A stretch of 63,699 bases of DNA, filler included, from Octopus bimaculoides (taxonomy: Eukaryota), in assembly GCF_001194135.2 (NCBI RefSeq). It is 7 parts of 7 records of this genome, joined end to end, with 100 filler letters (N's around TTAATTAATTAA, not from the genome) between each part and the next. Parts side by side here need not be neighbours in the genome. Positions count along the whole stretch, not along the records: positions 37,408 to 45,252 come from NC_068983.1; positions 45,353 to 49,219 come from NC_068984.1; positions 49,320 to 62,030 come from NC_068990.1; 4 more parts are not named here. One strand, given 5' to 3'. The number at the start of each line of letters is the position of its first letter. Positions within the stretch are counted from its first letter, which is position 1. Below, piece by piece: positions 40,511-53,270 of this stretch. Position numbers and translations under genes: made by a program. The notes under the pieces were generated by a model. The model saw only the letters and a list, made by a program, of their open reading frames with translations. It made no database searches and was not told where the DNA came from.

Positions 40511-41500
40511 NNNNNNNNNNNNNNNNNNNNNNNNNNNNNNNNNNNNNNNNNNNNNNNNNNNNNNNNNNNNNNNNNNNNNNNNNNNNNNNNNNNNNNNNNN
40601 NNNNNNNNNNNNNNNNNNNNNNNNNNNNNNNNNNNNNNNNNNNNNNNNNNNNNNNNNNNNNNNNNNNNNNNNNNNNNNNNNNNNNNNNNNNNNNNNNNNN
40701 NNNNNNNNNNNNNNNNNNNNNNNNNNNNNNNNNNNNNNNNNNNNNNNNNNNNNNNNNNNNNNNNNNNNNNNNNNNNNNNNNNNNNNNNNNNNNNNNNNNN
40801 NNNNNNNNNNNNNNNNNNNNNNNNNNNNNNNNNNNNNNNNNNNNNNNNNNNNNNNNNNNNNNNNNNNNNNNNNNNNNNNNNNNNNNNNNNNNNNNNNNNN
40901 NNNNNNNNNNNNNNNNNNNNNNNNNNNNNNNNNNNNNNNNNNNNNNNNNNNNNNNNNNNNNNNNNNNNNNNNNNNNNNNNNNNNNNNNNNNNNNNNNNNN
41001 NNNNNNNNNNNNNNNNNNNNNNNNNNNNNNNNNNNNNNNNNNNNNNNNNNNNNNNNNNNNNNNNNNNNNNNNNNNNNNNNNNNNNNNNNNNNNNNNNNNN
41101 NNNNNNNNNNNNNNNNNNNNNNNNNNNNNNNNCGATTCCCAGACCAGGCGTTGTGAGTGTTTATTGAGCGAAAACACCTAAAAGCTCCACGAGGCTCCGG
41201 CAGGGGATGGTGGCGAACCCTGCTGTACTCTTCCACCACAACTTTCTCTCTCTCTCTTTCTTCCTGTTTTCTGTTGTGCCTGTAATTCAAAGGGTCAGCC
41301 TTGTCACACTCTGTGTCACGCTGAATATCCCCGAGAACTACGTTAAGGGTACACGTGTCTGTGGAGTGCTCAGCCACTTGCACGTTAATTTCACGAGCAG
41401 GCTGTTCCGTTGATCGGATCAACTGGAACCCTCGACGTCGTAAGCGACGGAGTGCCAACAACAGTTTCTCTATAAATTCAAATGTTATTTGTTAAAATAC

Positions 41501-41544
41501 CACTTATCCCCAAAAAATGAATTTGTCATCAACATATTTGAGAC
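41501..41544 (-). CDS. ULK: ULK-like 44-nt exon (alternative acceptor would extend it to 41560)
   Basis: Phase 0 to 2 bridges the neighbouring exons; VSNMLMTNSFFGDK+W places a Trp before RLNQ as in ULK W...EQLVLY; donor gtattt. Confidence 0.65.
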
Positions 41545-42277
41545 CTGTTTAAAATTTTGCCTGAAGATGGTAGAATATAAGGTATGATGTAAACTAAAAA
41601 TACATCCAAGAAATTCTACTGAAACAGCTTTTGCAAACTTTAAACCCCATCTGTGTTTTTATACCAGGTTCCAGTGTCTGTTCCGGCATAGTTTTGACAA
41701 CTGGACGCCCTTCCTGTGCCAATCACTCCACAGAGTGTACTGGGTGCTTTTTATAAGGCACTACTGACAATGCAAATGGGGTCACTGTAATTGACCAGAC
41801 CCCTGCCCTCAAAATTTCCATCTCTGTGCCTATAGTAGATGAAATGAGGCTCAGAATCATGAGGTAGTGAGTTCGATTCCTGGACTGGGCTGTGTGTTGT
41901 ATTCTTGAACAAGACCCTTTATTTCATGTTGCTCCAAGTTCACTCAGCTGTAGAAATGAGTTGCGATGTCACTGGAGCCAAGTTGTATCGGCCCCTTTGC
42001 CTTTCCCTTGGATAACATCAGTGGCATGGAGAGGGGAGACTGGTATGCATGGGTGACTGCTGGTCTTCCATAAACAACCCGGACTTGTACCTCGGAGGGG
42101 AACTTTCTAGGTGCAATCCCTTGGTCGTTCATAACCGACGGGGGTCTTTATTATTAAGTTGAGAGAAAATAATAGGTGATGTCTGTGTGCTGTATGTGTG
42201 TGTGTGTGTGTGTATATACAAAGTGTATGTGAATATATGTGTATGTATATATATATATATATATAAATATTCATTAC

Positions 42278-42394
42278 CAGTATATTAGGTGAGACGATGC
42301 TAAATGGAGTTCCATGTGCATGTGCGATCTGCATAATGCACTCCACCAAGTCATTGACAAAACTCAGTTTTCCCAGCACCTCCTTGTAGTGTTC
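42278..42394 (-). CDS. ULK: ULK-like exon, start of the C-terminal domain
   Basis: Acceptor ttcttctattccag, donor gtaatg; 117 nt, phase 0/0; EHYKEVLGKLSFVNDLVECIMQIAHAHGTPFSIVSPNIL resembles Atg1 EH.E.L.KL.FV..L..CI..VA. Confidence 0.92.
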
Positions 42395-42901
42395 CTGGAA
42401 TAGAAGAATAGATAGATAGATAGATAGATACAGATGGATGGGTAGATAGATAAACAGACAGAAAGATAGGGAGAGAGAAAGAGACAGATAGGTAGGTAAT
42501 AGGCTATATGTAAAAGACAAAAACAACATAGACACATCCAAGTATATTAAATATAACAATTTCTTAATTTATTGAAATGTACCTACATACCTATACATAT
42601 ACACAGAAATATATGTATATACAAATTATACACGTGTGTCTGTGTATTGCATATCTCTGATGTATATCAGCAAAAACAAAAGGAAACAACCCCGCAAATA
42701 TCAGGATTAATACTCATGAAATGCAGTAGGTAGGTCCTTTATGACGTTTGTTCTGTCCCGAGTCACAGATACTCCCTTACCGTCCCTCTCCAACACCACA
42801 AACACAATAAACTGGACCCTGTTGCGAACCTTGTAACGAATGACAACAGCGTTATTGTTTTCATAATTAACTGATATAACTAATTAATTAAAATTACTTA
42901 C

Positions 42902-43104
42902 ATCCATTAGTGTATCCTCAGCCAGTTCTGGGGCCACGAAAGGCATTGCCGTATCGATACTAGGTGGTGATGGGGCATACATCAGTGAGGTTGGGGGTGA
43001 GGCCTCAGGGTAGACCAGGTAAGCAGGGTGCCGATAGTAATGGTCTTCGTTAGTGTGGATGTACCTGTCTTTGGTGGGCCAGGCTATCATACCTGAGGGA
43101 TAGG
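42902..43104 (-). CDS. ULK: ULK-like exon, end of the S/P-rich linker
   Basis: Acceptor atctctctccacag, donor gtaagt; 203 nt, phase 1 to 0; ends PFVAPELAEDTLMD, matching the ULK F.APEL.EETLM motif. Confidence 0.92.
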
Positions 43105-43570
43105 CTGTGGAGAGAGATAAGGAGATATATAGTTAGACAGTGGGAGGAATATAGTTCCTCCTAATATCATGGAAGGAAAACGTCTTGTGATAGCATGAAA
43201 TTACAACATTATCATTAACTTCTTGGTTATGGTTAGCACAAGTGAAACCGGTTGACTTCTTATGGTAGAATGAATGTATGAAAGAGAGAGAGAGAAGGAG
43301 AGTCAGGGACAATGAGTGTATGAGGGTGAGATAGAGGTGGTTAGTGAGAGATAGAGAGTTAGTAAGAGTGTGGGAGTCAGAGAAAGCTAGAAATAGTTAA
43401 CGAGAAATGCAGAGGTGAAGAGAGAGTTAGTGGGAGTGGATAGGAAAGAGAGAAACAGACAGATAACTAATGAGAGTGATGTGGAGAAGGTAGAGACTGA
43501 GGAGTTGGTGAAAGATGCAGAGAGAGGGAGAAAGAAAGAGAGATGGTTAAAAAGACAAGGGAGAGGATGA

Positions 43571-43612
<42 letters not shown>

Positions 43613-43749
43613 TGTAGAAACAAAGAATGAAAGAGAGCTTCAGTAATGGTGGTGGTGGTGGTGTTGCTTATTTTGATGATTATACTAAACTCCGCTTGCG
43701 AAGACCTGTTGAGGCAAATGAAATCGAAATCGAAATCGAATTAAATTCG

Positions 43750-44200
43750 ACGATTGGCAACCCATGCCAACGTCGTCTCCTTCATTGGAAACGAAACTCG
43801 GCTGGCGAAGACCTATTGTTGGGGAAAGCGAAACCGTCAATGGCACCTGTGCCCAGCATCGCCTTCCTGGCACGTGTAAAGACATTCGAGCGAGATCGTT
43901 GCCAGTGCCGCCAAACTGGCTCCTCCTGTGCAGGTGGCACGTAAAATACACCATTTTGAGCGTGGCCGTTGCCAGTACCCGCCTGATTGGCCTTCGTGCG
44001 GGTGACACGTAAAAGCACCCACTACACTCTCAGAGTGGTTGGCGTTAGGAAGGGCATCCAGCTGTAGAAACTCTGCCAGATCAGGTTGGAGCCTGGTGTA
44101 GCCATCTGGTTTCATCAGTCCTCAGTCAAATCGTCCAACCCATGCTAGCATGGAAAGCGGACGTTTAAACGACGATGATGATGATGATGATGATGATGTT
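43750..44200 (+). mobile_element. SINE or LINE 3' end with (GAT)n tail (family D); second partial copy at about 44640-44820
   Basis: GGCGTTAGGAAGGGCATCCAGCTGTAGAAAC...CAACCCATGCTAGCATGGAAAGCGGACGTT-(GAT)n recurs at about 44690-44820. Confidence 0.7.
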
Positions 44201-44383
44201 GCTGTTCTTGGTGATAGTGTTGTTGTTGTTGTTGATGGCAATGTTGAAACATAATGATTAGAAAGAGAGAGAGAAAGAGCATGAGCAATCGTGTTGCTGT
44301 TGATGATAGTGGTGGTGATGTTATTGATGATGATGTGTTAATGTTGTTCTTGTTAATAATGTTGTTGCTGTAAATGTTGAAAT

Positions 44384-44417
<34 letters not shown>

Positions 44418-44429
44418 GAAGAGCTTTAC

Positions 44430-44570
44430 CAAAATATTGCCGGGGCGATCCATACGGACTCCTCAACTGGGTGGTCATTATACTGTCGCGACCGGTGGCC
44501 TGGTTGCCATGACGCTGTGGGATATCGGTTGGACCATGGCCACACTCGGGACAACTGTTTGGAGGGGAGG
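44430..44570 (-). CDS. ULK: ULK-like linker exon
   Basis: Acceptor ttccttgtcttcctcttcag, donor TTG/gtaaag; 141 nt, phase 1/1; SPPNSCPECGHGPTDIPQRHGNQATGRDSIMTTQLRSPYGSPRQYF; in phase with the 43104 exon. Confidence 0.75.
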
Positions 44571-44826
44571 CTGAAGAGGAAGACAAGGAAAACAAAACCA
44601 TTAAGAAACACATCATTTAGGGTGGGGAGTTGGAGTGGTGGGACTGGTGCGATGTGAAAAGCACTGAGTCCATTCTGCAGAGTGGTCGGTGTTAGGAAGG
44701 GCATCCAGCCGTAAAAACTGCCAAAACAGACACAGTAGCCTGAGGTAGTCTTCTACCTGACCAGCCCTCCCTGTCAACCACCCTACCCATGCATGGAAGA
44801 CGGACGTTAAATAATGATGATATATA

Positions 44827-45237
44827 CTCTTTTACTTGTTTCAGTCATTTGACTGCGGCCATGCTGGAGCACCGCCTTTAGTCGAGTAAATCGACCCCAG
44901 GACTTATTCTTTGGATGCCTAGTACTTATTCTATCGGTCTCTTTTTGCCGAACCGCCAAGTTACGGGGACGTAAACACACCAGCATCGGTTGTCAAGCGA
45001 TGTTTGGGGGGGGGACAAACACAGACACACATACACACAAACACATATATATATATATATATATACATATATACGTCAGGCTTCTTTCAGTTTCCATCTA
45101 CCAAATCCACTCACAAGGCTTTGGTCGGCCCGAGGCTTATAGTAGAAGACACTTGCCCAAGATGCCACGCAGTGGGACTGAACCCGGGACCATGTGGTTG
45201 GTAAGCAAGCTACTTACCACACAGCCACTCCTACGCC
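44827..45237 (-). mobile_element. tRNA-derived SINE family A, near-complete
   Basis: Reverse complement of the 57463 copy, including the internal (TA/CA)n tract. Confidence 0.9.
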
Positions 45238-45413
45238 TATTGTATACAAACANNNNNNNNNNNNNNNNNNNNNNNNNNNNNNNNNNNNNNNNNNNNTTAA
45301 TTAATTAANNNNNNNNNNNNNNNNNNNNNNNNNNNNNNNNNNNNNNNNNNNNATATATATATACATATACATATCGGCAGAAGGATGACAGACAGACAGA
45401 CAGGCAGGCAGGC

Positions 45414-45464
<51 letters not shown>

Positions 45465-45474
45465 TCGATCGATC

Positions 45475-45525
<51 letters not shown>

Positions 45526-48425
45526 CAACAGATATGTAGATAAAGAGACATTAATAGATATACAAATAGATAGTTGAACTGAAATGTAAGGTTATATTTA
45601 AAAGTACAGTTTTGATTAAATGACAGGATTTCAAAAGATTTGCTTGTGTTTAATATATTAATATGTGTATATACATGTGTGTGAGTATATATGTGTATGT
45701 GTATATATAATTGTCTCGGATTTAGGCACAACGCCAGAATTTTTGCAGCAGGGCTGTTTAGTCGATACCGTCGACCTCGTTACTTGATTGATACTTGAAT
45801 GACAGAATGGAAGACAAAGTTGATCTCAGCTAAATTTAAACTCAGAAGCTAAAGAACCGGAACAAATGCGGTAAAGCATCTTCCAAATGCTCTAACGAAT
45901 TTGCCAACTCACCACGTTAAGCTAAACAAATATAATTCTTTCTGCTATAGGTACAAGGCCTGAAATTTTGATGGCGAGGAGCAAGTCGATTGCTTCGGCG
46001 CCAATGCTCGATTTATCGACTCCGAAAGGAATGAAAATCAAAGACAACCTCGACGCAATCTGGACTATGGTCGTAAAGACGGACGAAATGCCACTAAACA
46101 TTTTCTCCGGCGTGCCAACGATTCTGCCAGCTCGCTAACCTTTAGCTAAAGAAAAATATATAAACCTTTCTACTATAGGCACAAGACCTGAAATTTGGGT
46201 TGATGGGGAGGGTAATCGATTACATCGACCCCCAGTGCTTGATTGGTACTTATTTTTATCAACACCTCAGGAAATTTGAAATAAGAACATAAAGTGGGAA
46301 GAAATACCGTTGAGCATTTTGTCCAGCGTTGCTGATGATTCTGTCGGCTCGATGCCTTAAGTTAAACAGCTATAACAGCAGGCATCATTTAGTCTGGTGT
46401 TCTACTTTGTCAGCCCCTTTACGGGTCTCCAAACAGTGTTTTACTGTTTTATTTACTCGAAAAGCAGCACTGAAAAACGATGTTTGGCAAAGCTCAGGCT
46501 GGTTCCAGCAGGAAAATAGATGGAACACTAGTCAGATTTAGTCCCAACATCGTTGACTTTGAAAAAAAGTTTTTCGTTCCGTGTCTTAAAACACTCTGGA
46601 TTAATATGAAATAATATAACACCAGCCTTACATCATTAAATGTTATAAAGTCATATAAATATGCAAAAACTGATTTGAATTTCAAATTCTCAAGTAATTG
46701 TGTTGATACTATAGTTGCTGCAGATGAGTATGTATTTTTCACAATGGTTTTTCAATGTTTCCTGAATACACAACAAGGAAATCCTTGAGTTGTTTTGAGG
46801 ATTTTGTTTTAAGGAAATGTTAATACTATTGATTTAATAAAACAAATTTAGTAATTTAGAGACCTAACAATACGTATGGATACAATGCCATAGAGATAGA
46901 ATAGAAATAGAATAGAAATGGAGATAGAATAAAAATAAGTGCTGACGGAGAAAAGATAAAATAATGAGAAGTAATAAAAGAAAAGAAAAGAAAACAGTGA
47001 ATCCAGGTGATTGAAGCTCAAGCAAGTTGAAGTCTTTAGAAATTTGGGAACAAGGTAGCGGAAGATATAAGATCAGAGTAAAAAAATAATGGCTTGCATC
47101 AGCAAAGTCAACTTTAACACACAATTTGACCGCATTTGGGGAACAAAGTAGTACAAAAAAAAATACATAATTTCGTTTTATTGGTTGTTAGCTTGGGTAA
47201 TTACATACAAAAGCATATTGAAGATTGTTATTAATTAACTGTTAAAAATGGAACTTATGGTTGTTTTATTATTATTAGCTATTATTCGTAAAGAAAAATT
47301 GAATTAGATAGATTTAACCTAGAGGACGGCAAACTTCTTAATATCGTTGACCTCTACATGGAATCGTCGATAATTTATTGCTCCCCTACCCATCATGTAT
47401 TTTCTAAAATGAAATTAAAAATTAGATTAACCCTCTACCTGTTCTGTGTCACGTGTGATACACAGGGCATATTTCGCTGGCATCCGTTCGTCATATACAT
47501 GATACACGTTCTCAAATTATTTCAACTACCAGAATAACTATGGACATATGAAAGGGAAGATTTATACCACTCAGGAAATATAAAACAAGGGCTGACTAAA
47601 AGTCTGAAAAAAAGAATAGAGGTTTAGAACAAACATAAAAATGCTCTGGACAGCCAAAGCGTTTATAAAAATTTAATTCAAAAACAATAATTCTTTCATT
47701 GTTTTGTATCGTTAGCGCTTTTTAATAAGAAATATTTTAAAGAAATTCAATGGAAATAATTAACGGAATCGATAAAGAGCAATAAAAATTCATATTGGTA
47801 TATTCGGAATATTTGATGCGAAATACATTATGGTGAATACTAGTTATTACATCGATATCTAGTTTGAAACCAATATTTTTTACCTTAAATTACCGTGCAC
47901 TACCAGATTCAGGTCGCTGGTAATTCAACACCTTAAATGCTCAGCACTATTTCAGGTGTTTATCGACCCCCTTGGATAGCCACACAGGCATCCCCACCCA
48001 GGGTCAATACTGACCACCTTGCCGACCCCTGGTCCAGCTAATCGAAAGTTCTGTACGACTAGATATAGAAGTTTATGTAAAACCACTGTTGTGTATTGTG
48101 AAATCTTAGGAAAAGTCACGATAGTGATGTTTGGCAGGATAACAGTTCAGAGCAATAATTATAACTTCATCTGTACCTCATACGTAAGAATCATATAAGC
48201 GTGAAGTGCCGGAAGTTAGAAATATATGGTGGTCTTTGAAATGACGTTTCGAATTCCATAGAGAAAAATATGGAACTAACGGTGTATTAGAAAAGAAATT
48301 GTTGAGATGGCGAACTAAGAAAGTTTCCAGTGAATTATGAAAAGGGAGAAAGTGAAGTAGTTTGATCGTATAACACGACACTGGGACATCCTTACTTTTA
48401 TTAGATATGATCAAGCAGAAAATAC

Positions 48426-48468
48426 CTGCAGCCGTTGAAATAGTAACGCGAGGAGGACCAGGAAAGGA
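48426..48468 (-). CDS. Probable upstream ULK-like linker exon
   Basis: Acceptor ttgttgttgctcattcag, donor CAG/gtattt; 43 nt, phase 0 to 1, SFPGPPRVTISTAA; compatible with the 44570 exon but across a contig join and without family motif support. Confidence 0.5.
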
Positions 48469-48721
48469 CTGAATGAGCAACAACAAACAATAAACACAGA
48501 TGAAGACGGAGGGAAACATAACGTTTACTGATGGCCGAGAAAGTGAGAAAGTAGGGGAGTGGGGGTTGTGCATTTTTGCAGTGTACCTAAAGGGCCGCCG
48601 CCTTAAGGTACGGATCTTGATGAGGATTGACTGACTTCTTCCTACGCAGAAATAATTATAATTCTTTTGTGATAAGACATCCGGATGCCGATGTAGCTAC
48701 GTGAGTACAGGTGACTCGAAA

Positions 48722-48763
<42 letters not shown>

Positions 48764-49398
48764 GAGGAGGAGGAGGAGGAGGAGGTCCTAATTGTTGTTC
48801 GTTGCTGCTGTCCGTTCATTCAAGGGGGTTATTTCAAGTGTGAAATTTAAACTGCTCTTTCTCATTAGCAAGTAAAGTGAAGTAAAGTGGTGGTGGTGGT
48901 GGTGGTGGTGAAAGGAAATAGTAGTGACGGTAGTTATCCAGGAGGAGGTGTGGAGTGACGGTGTTAATGGTGTTGTGGTGCTGATGCAATGATGACCACC
49001 GCTGAGGCGATGTGGATGTGATGGGTGGTTGGGGGTGGGGTATCTTGTGATGGTGGTTATGGTGAAGGTGGTGTGCAATCGTGGTGCTAATTGCAGTTGT
49101 GGTGATGATGGTAATGGTGATGCTGATGGTGGTGGCAACGGTGGCGGCGGTGTTGGTGTTGTCGTTGTTGTTGTTGTTGTTGTTGTTGCTGGTGGTGGTG
49201 GTGGTGGTGGTGGTGGTGGNNNNNNNNNNNNNNNNNNNNNNNNNNNNNNNNNNNNNNNNNNNNTTAATTAATTAANNNNNNNNNNNNNNNNNNNNNNNNN
49301 NNNNNNNNNNNNNNNNNNNTCCATTAGACTACATTTCTTCAAGGCGGTGCCCCAGCATGGACGGAGACTAGCGACTGAAACAAATAAAGAATAAAAGA

Positions 49399-49450
<52 letters not shown>

Positions 49451-50188
49451 TGTGTGTGTATGTGTGTGTGTGTGTGCGTGTGGGGGGGAGAGAGAGAAAA
49501 ATTACGAATATACTTTCCTGCTTCTTCCGGTTGGTTATAAGCACAGGCCCTATGTTCCACCCACCCCCAAACAACCACCCTCTCCCAGCCAACTTCCCGC
49601 TCTATAACTTCCTCGTTTATTCTTTTATGAACCATCAATCACACAGGAACCATCTTTTCAACGCCTTTCTTCGGATATTTAAAATTAAGAAGAAAAAATA
49701 TATTAATGTGTTCAGGATTTCTTCAGATTAAATTTTACAATATTCATCTTGCAACTACTAAAAAATATTTTCACGTTATTCTTTCCTACATAAAATCTTC
49801 CATTTCTATATATCTTTCCCGCTTCCTTTCATGACTGCTTCATATATTTTCGTTCCGTTCTTTGTTAATAAACATAATCATTTCTCCACTTTCGTACAAA
49901 TTCATTATACACCAAAGAAAACTTGCAAATATGAAATACAGTGTGTATACAGTCACATGCTTTAAATAATATTCAATGTGTTGTGTGTTGTTTATAGAAT
50001 GATCGTTAATAAATTCTATGGCATTTTTCCTTGTTTTTGCTTTTAATAACGAAATTTATGTCGTGTTTTTCTTTCTTCTTTATTTTGATTTTAAAGTTTA
50101 TAATTCTTTTACATTCTTTTCATATCGACGAATACGGTATCTGTCTTTATTTCCCCGTATCTTCTTTCTCTGTGTGTGTGTTCATGTT

Positions 50189-50225
<37 letters not shown>

Positions 50226-50264
50226 ATATATTATCATATGTATATATGTATATACATATGTGTA

Positions 50265-50356
<92 letters not shown>

Positions 50357-50899
50357 TACATCCATATACACACAAGTGTATATATGTGTATATATACATC
50401 TAAACGTGTGCGTACGTATAATATTAGTTTTGAATTTTGACACATGGCCAGCAATTTCAGGGGAGGGGATGATACGATCACATCGACCCTAGTGCGTAAC
50501 TGGTACTCATCGACCCCGAAAGGACGAAACGCAAAGTGGACCAAGGCGGAACTTGATAACAGGACGGAGTCAGATTAGGCTAAATATAATGAAATTACTA
50601 ACTCAAGTGGTATGCTTGGTCAGTGGATAGTTGAGATCATGCACGCATGCGCAGCCCTACACAGAGTTAAGGGAACATACATAGGAACATACATAAAAAC
50701 AGGTGGAGATATATTTAAAAACCGATCACTCAGCCAAAAACAAGTTGAAATAGTCTGACGTATCTCCGCCCCTACACTTGTGGCCTCTACGTCAGAGAAA
50801 TACAAAAATGACTATCAGTAACGGGGGAAACCATGTGAGCCCATGGAGGGTCGTGCCATTTGTATCGCAGTATACACTGAGGGATTATTTCTGTATAAG

Positions 50900-53270
50900 A
50901 TGAGGGCAACACGACTCGAGATGAAATCGGAAGAGATAGGATCAATTTTCAAACTTGATGCCCCCACCCCGCATAATTCACGAGACCTTACTAGAGTTGT
51001 GCTCAGTTAAGAGTACCGAAGTAGAAGGTACAAGCTTGATGGTTCACAGCAAAAGATCTAATTGTTACAGAAGAGGTAAGAAAAGATGCTTGAAGGTCTT
51101 TGGAGGACTAGATAAGCAGAGGAGAGAGGAAGACGCTGGTGCTGTACTGTATCTGCCCCAGAGTAATAATTAACAAATTTGACCTCGGAGGGATTGGAAC
51201 TCATAAGTGGAATAAACACCACGAGGCATCGTATAGACAAACATTCGCAAAATAAAAATAATAATATTCTTCGCAGTTCTTAATGGAATCAATAACGGAA
51301 ATACTTGAATTGCAAAAGGGAAACCAATACTTCAAGAATGGAACCTAATAAAAACGGGACAGTACAATCAAAGACAACCTGAATCACAAAGAATCATATT
51401 GGATATAAGTGGAACAGAGGTTGTGATTCTTTTGTAAAAACAGATTTTTATCAAGAACATAATAGAAATCCGTGCAGCTTCAGTAACAAGAGAATTTGAA
51501 GAATTTTAGGGTTAAGTATGAACGTGATGGGATCAAACGATAAGAGACTGCTGGAAATAACAATCAAAGATTCTAAACAATCGAAAAATGTTTTATAAAC
51601 TGAAGAAAGCAACCCAGACACAAGTAATTGCGAACAGCAGAAAAGAAGCAGGAACTTGCGGTTTAAATAGTTAACAACCACACACAAGGTAATTGGCAAA
51701 AAATATCCATCAGCAGTATGAAATGGAAGTAAGTTGACTGACACGCTGAAGCGAAACATCGTGTTATTGCTCATCACTTAAGAAACAACAAACAATAAAG
51801 ACTACAATCACATTACCGGCCATGCTACAGCTTACAAAGTATTGAGTAATATTACAGAGTGCAAAAATAACACTCATATCTAGACGAGCACAAGAGAAGT
51901 TGCTGATATTCAAATGGATATCAATATCGATTAGTGATCAATAAAACCATAAATTATGACAGTGGGAGAAGAAAGAAGTGTTTGAGATGGTCTGGAATGG
52001 TCACTAAAAGGCTTTTGAGAGGTTTTCTCCACATATGGATTGTGTAAACATTTTGTGATGTATCGATACGTCTATAACAGGAACAATAGATATTTTATAA
52101 ATAAATGGAGAAAAAGGTGAATTCTATAAACAATATCCATGTTCCATTAGAATAAGAGTATTCCAAATCCTTTTCTGGTCTCCATTTCTTTTAAGCCGGC
52201 GTTAATACTTTTAACTTAAACATTAAATCAGAATGAACTCGGATGTAAATCGTATAGAAGGACAATCAAGAGTCTTTTGTATGTGGACGACCTCAAATTG
52301 TTTGTTGCAGACGATAAATAACAAGAAACACTTTCACAGACTGTAGGACATTGACAAAGTAGAATAATTGATGTAAGAATACAATTTTATTGGAAAATGT
52401 ACCAAAGTAAGAATGGAGGAAGTGAAGTTGATTAAAAACACTTATAACGTGTTAGATAAAAAAAAATAATAATAAAGTAGAAATAAGAGATTTAGACAAA
52501 GTAACGAATTACAAATACTTGAGAATCAATGAACTAGACATTGTAAAACACATACATATTAAAGAAAAGATTAAGAAGGATTATAGTTCGGGCATTAGAT
52601 GAATACATAAAACTATGTAATAATCCGGCTGTCCCGGTAATAAGTTATGGTAATAATATTTTCAACTATAAGTTAAATCAACTTGTGAGACCAGACAGGA
52701 AATATAACAAAGATTATGAATGTATTTTTAACTCACCATACAATATCTGACTATAAAATTATTAACATTCTACAGAATAGTAGGAACGTTTTGCAACGAA
52801 AAATCTATTTTAAAATATTCATTATAGTGTTATAAAAATATCTATTTAAAATATACGTTGTAGGACTACGAAAATATCTTGTAAAGAATAATGGAGAGCT
52901 ATTACAATTGCTGCAAAACAGAAACAAAACAAAACAACTGTTTCCTGTCTTCAAGGAAGTCAATAAGTACAAAACAAAGACTAAAATGAGAAACGGTAAA
53001 GAATCGTGGGGTAAGTAAGAATAGAAAGAGTAAAATGGGAAATGTTAAAGTAAAAATGTTGCTGGAGTTTGCATTGCTGAAACGATGGCAAGAAAACCCT
53101 TTATGGCAGATAAATGAGAAAATTGAACACGGGTGGAAATGCATACAGAAATATTTGAGCATTGACTGAAGTAAATACCGATGCATTGTTTAATGCGGCA
53201 GAGAAACTGCTCAAAGCATGGAGAGAACCAGAATACAAGACACCAAGAACATTGTAACTGTCTGCCCAGT
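50900..53270 (+). mobile_element. Decayed R4/Dong-like (RLE-type) non-LTR retrotransposon
   Basis: YVDDLKL at 52280-52300, NPAVPVISY at about 52622, degraded DYKKAFD..PH.WI-like region at about 52000, KTLYGR at about 53095; heavily disrupted. Confidence 0.7.

Noticed and set aside
43690-43712. Possible ULK micro-exon (GLRKRSL) after acceptor tttgcctcaacag
   Set aside because: No convincing donor in the required phase, and the flanking exons already join in frame.
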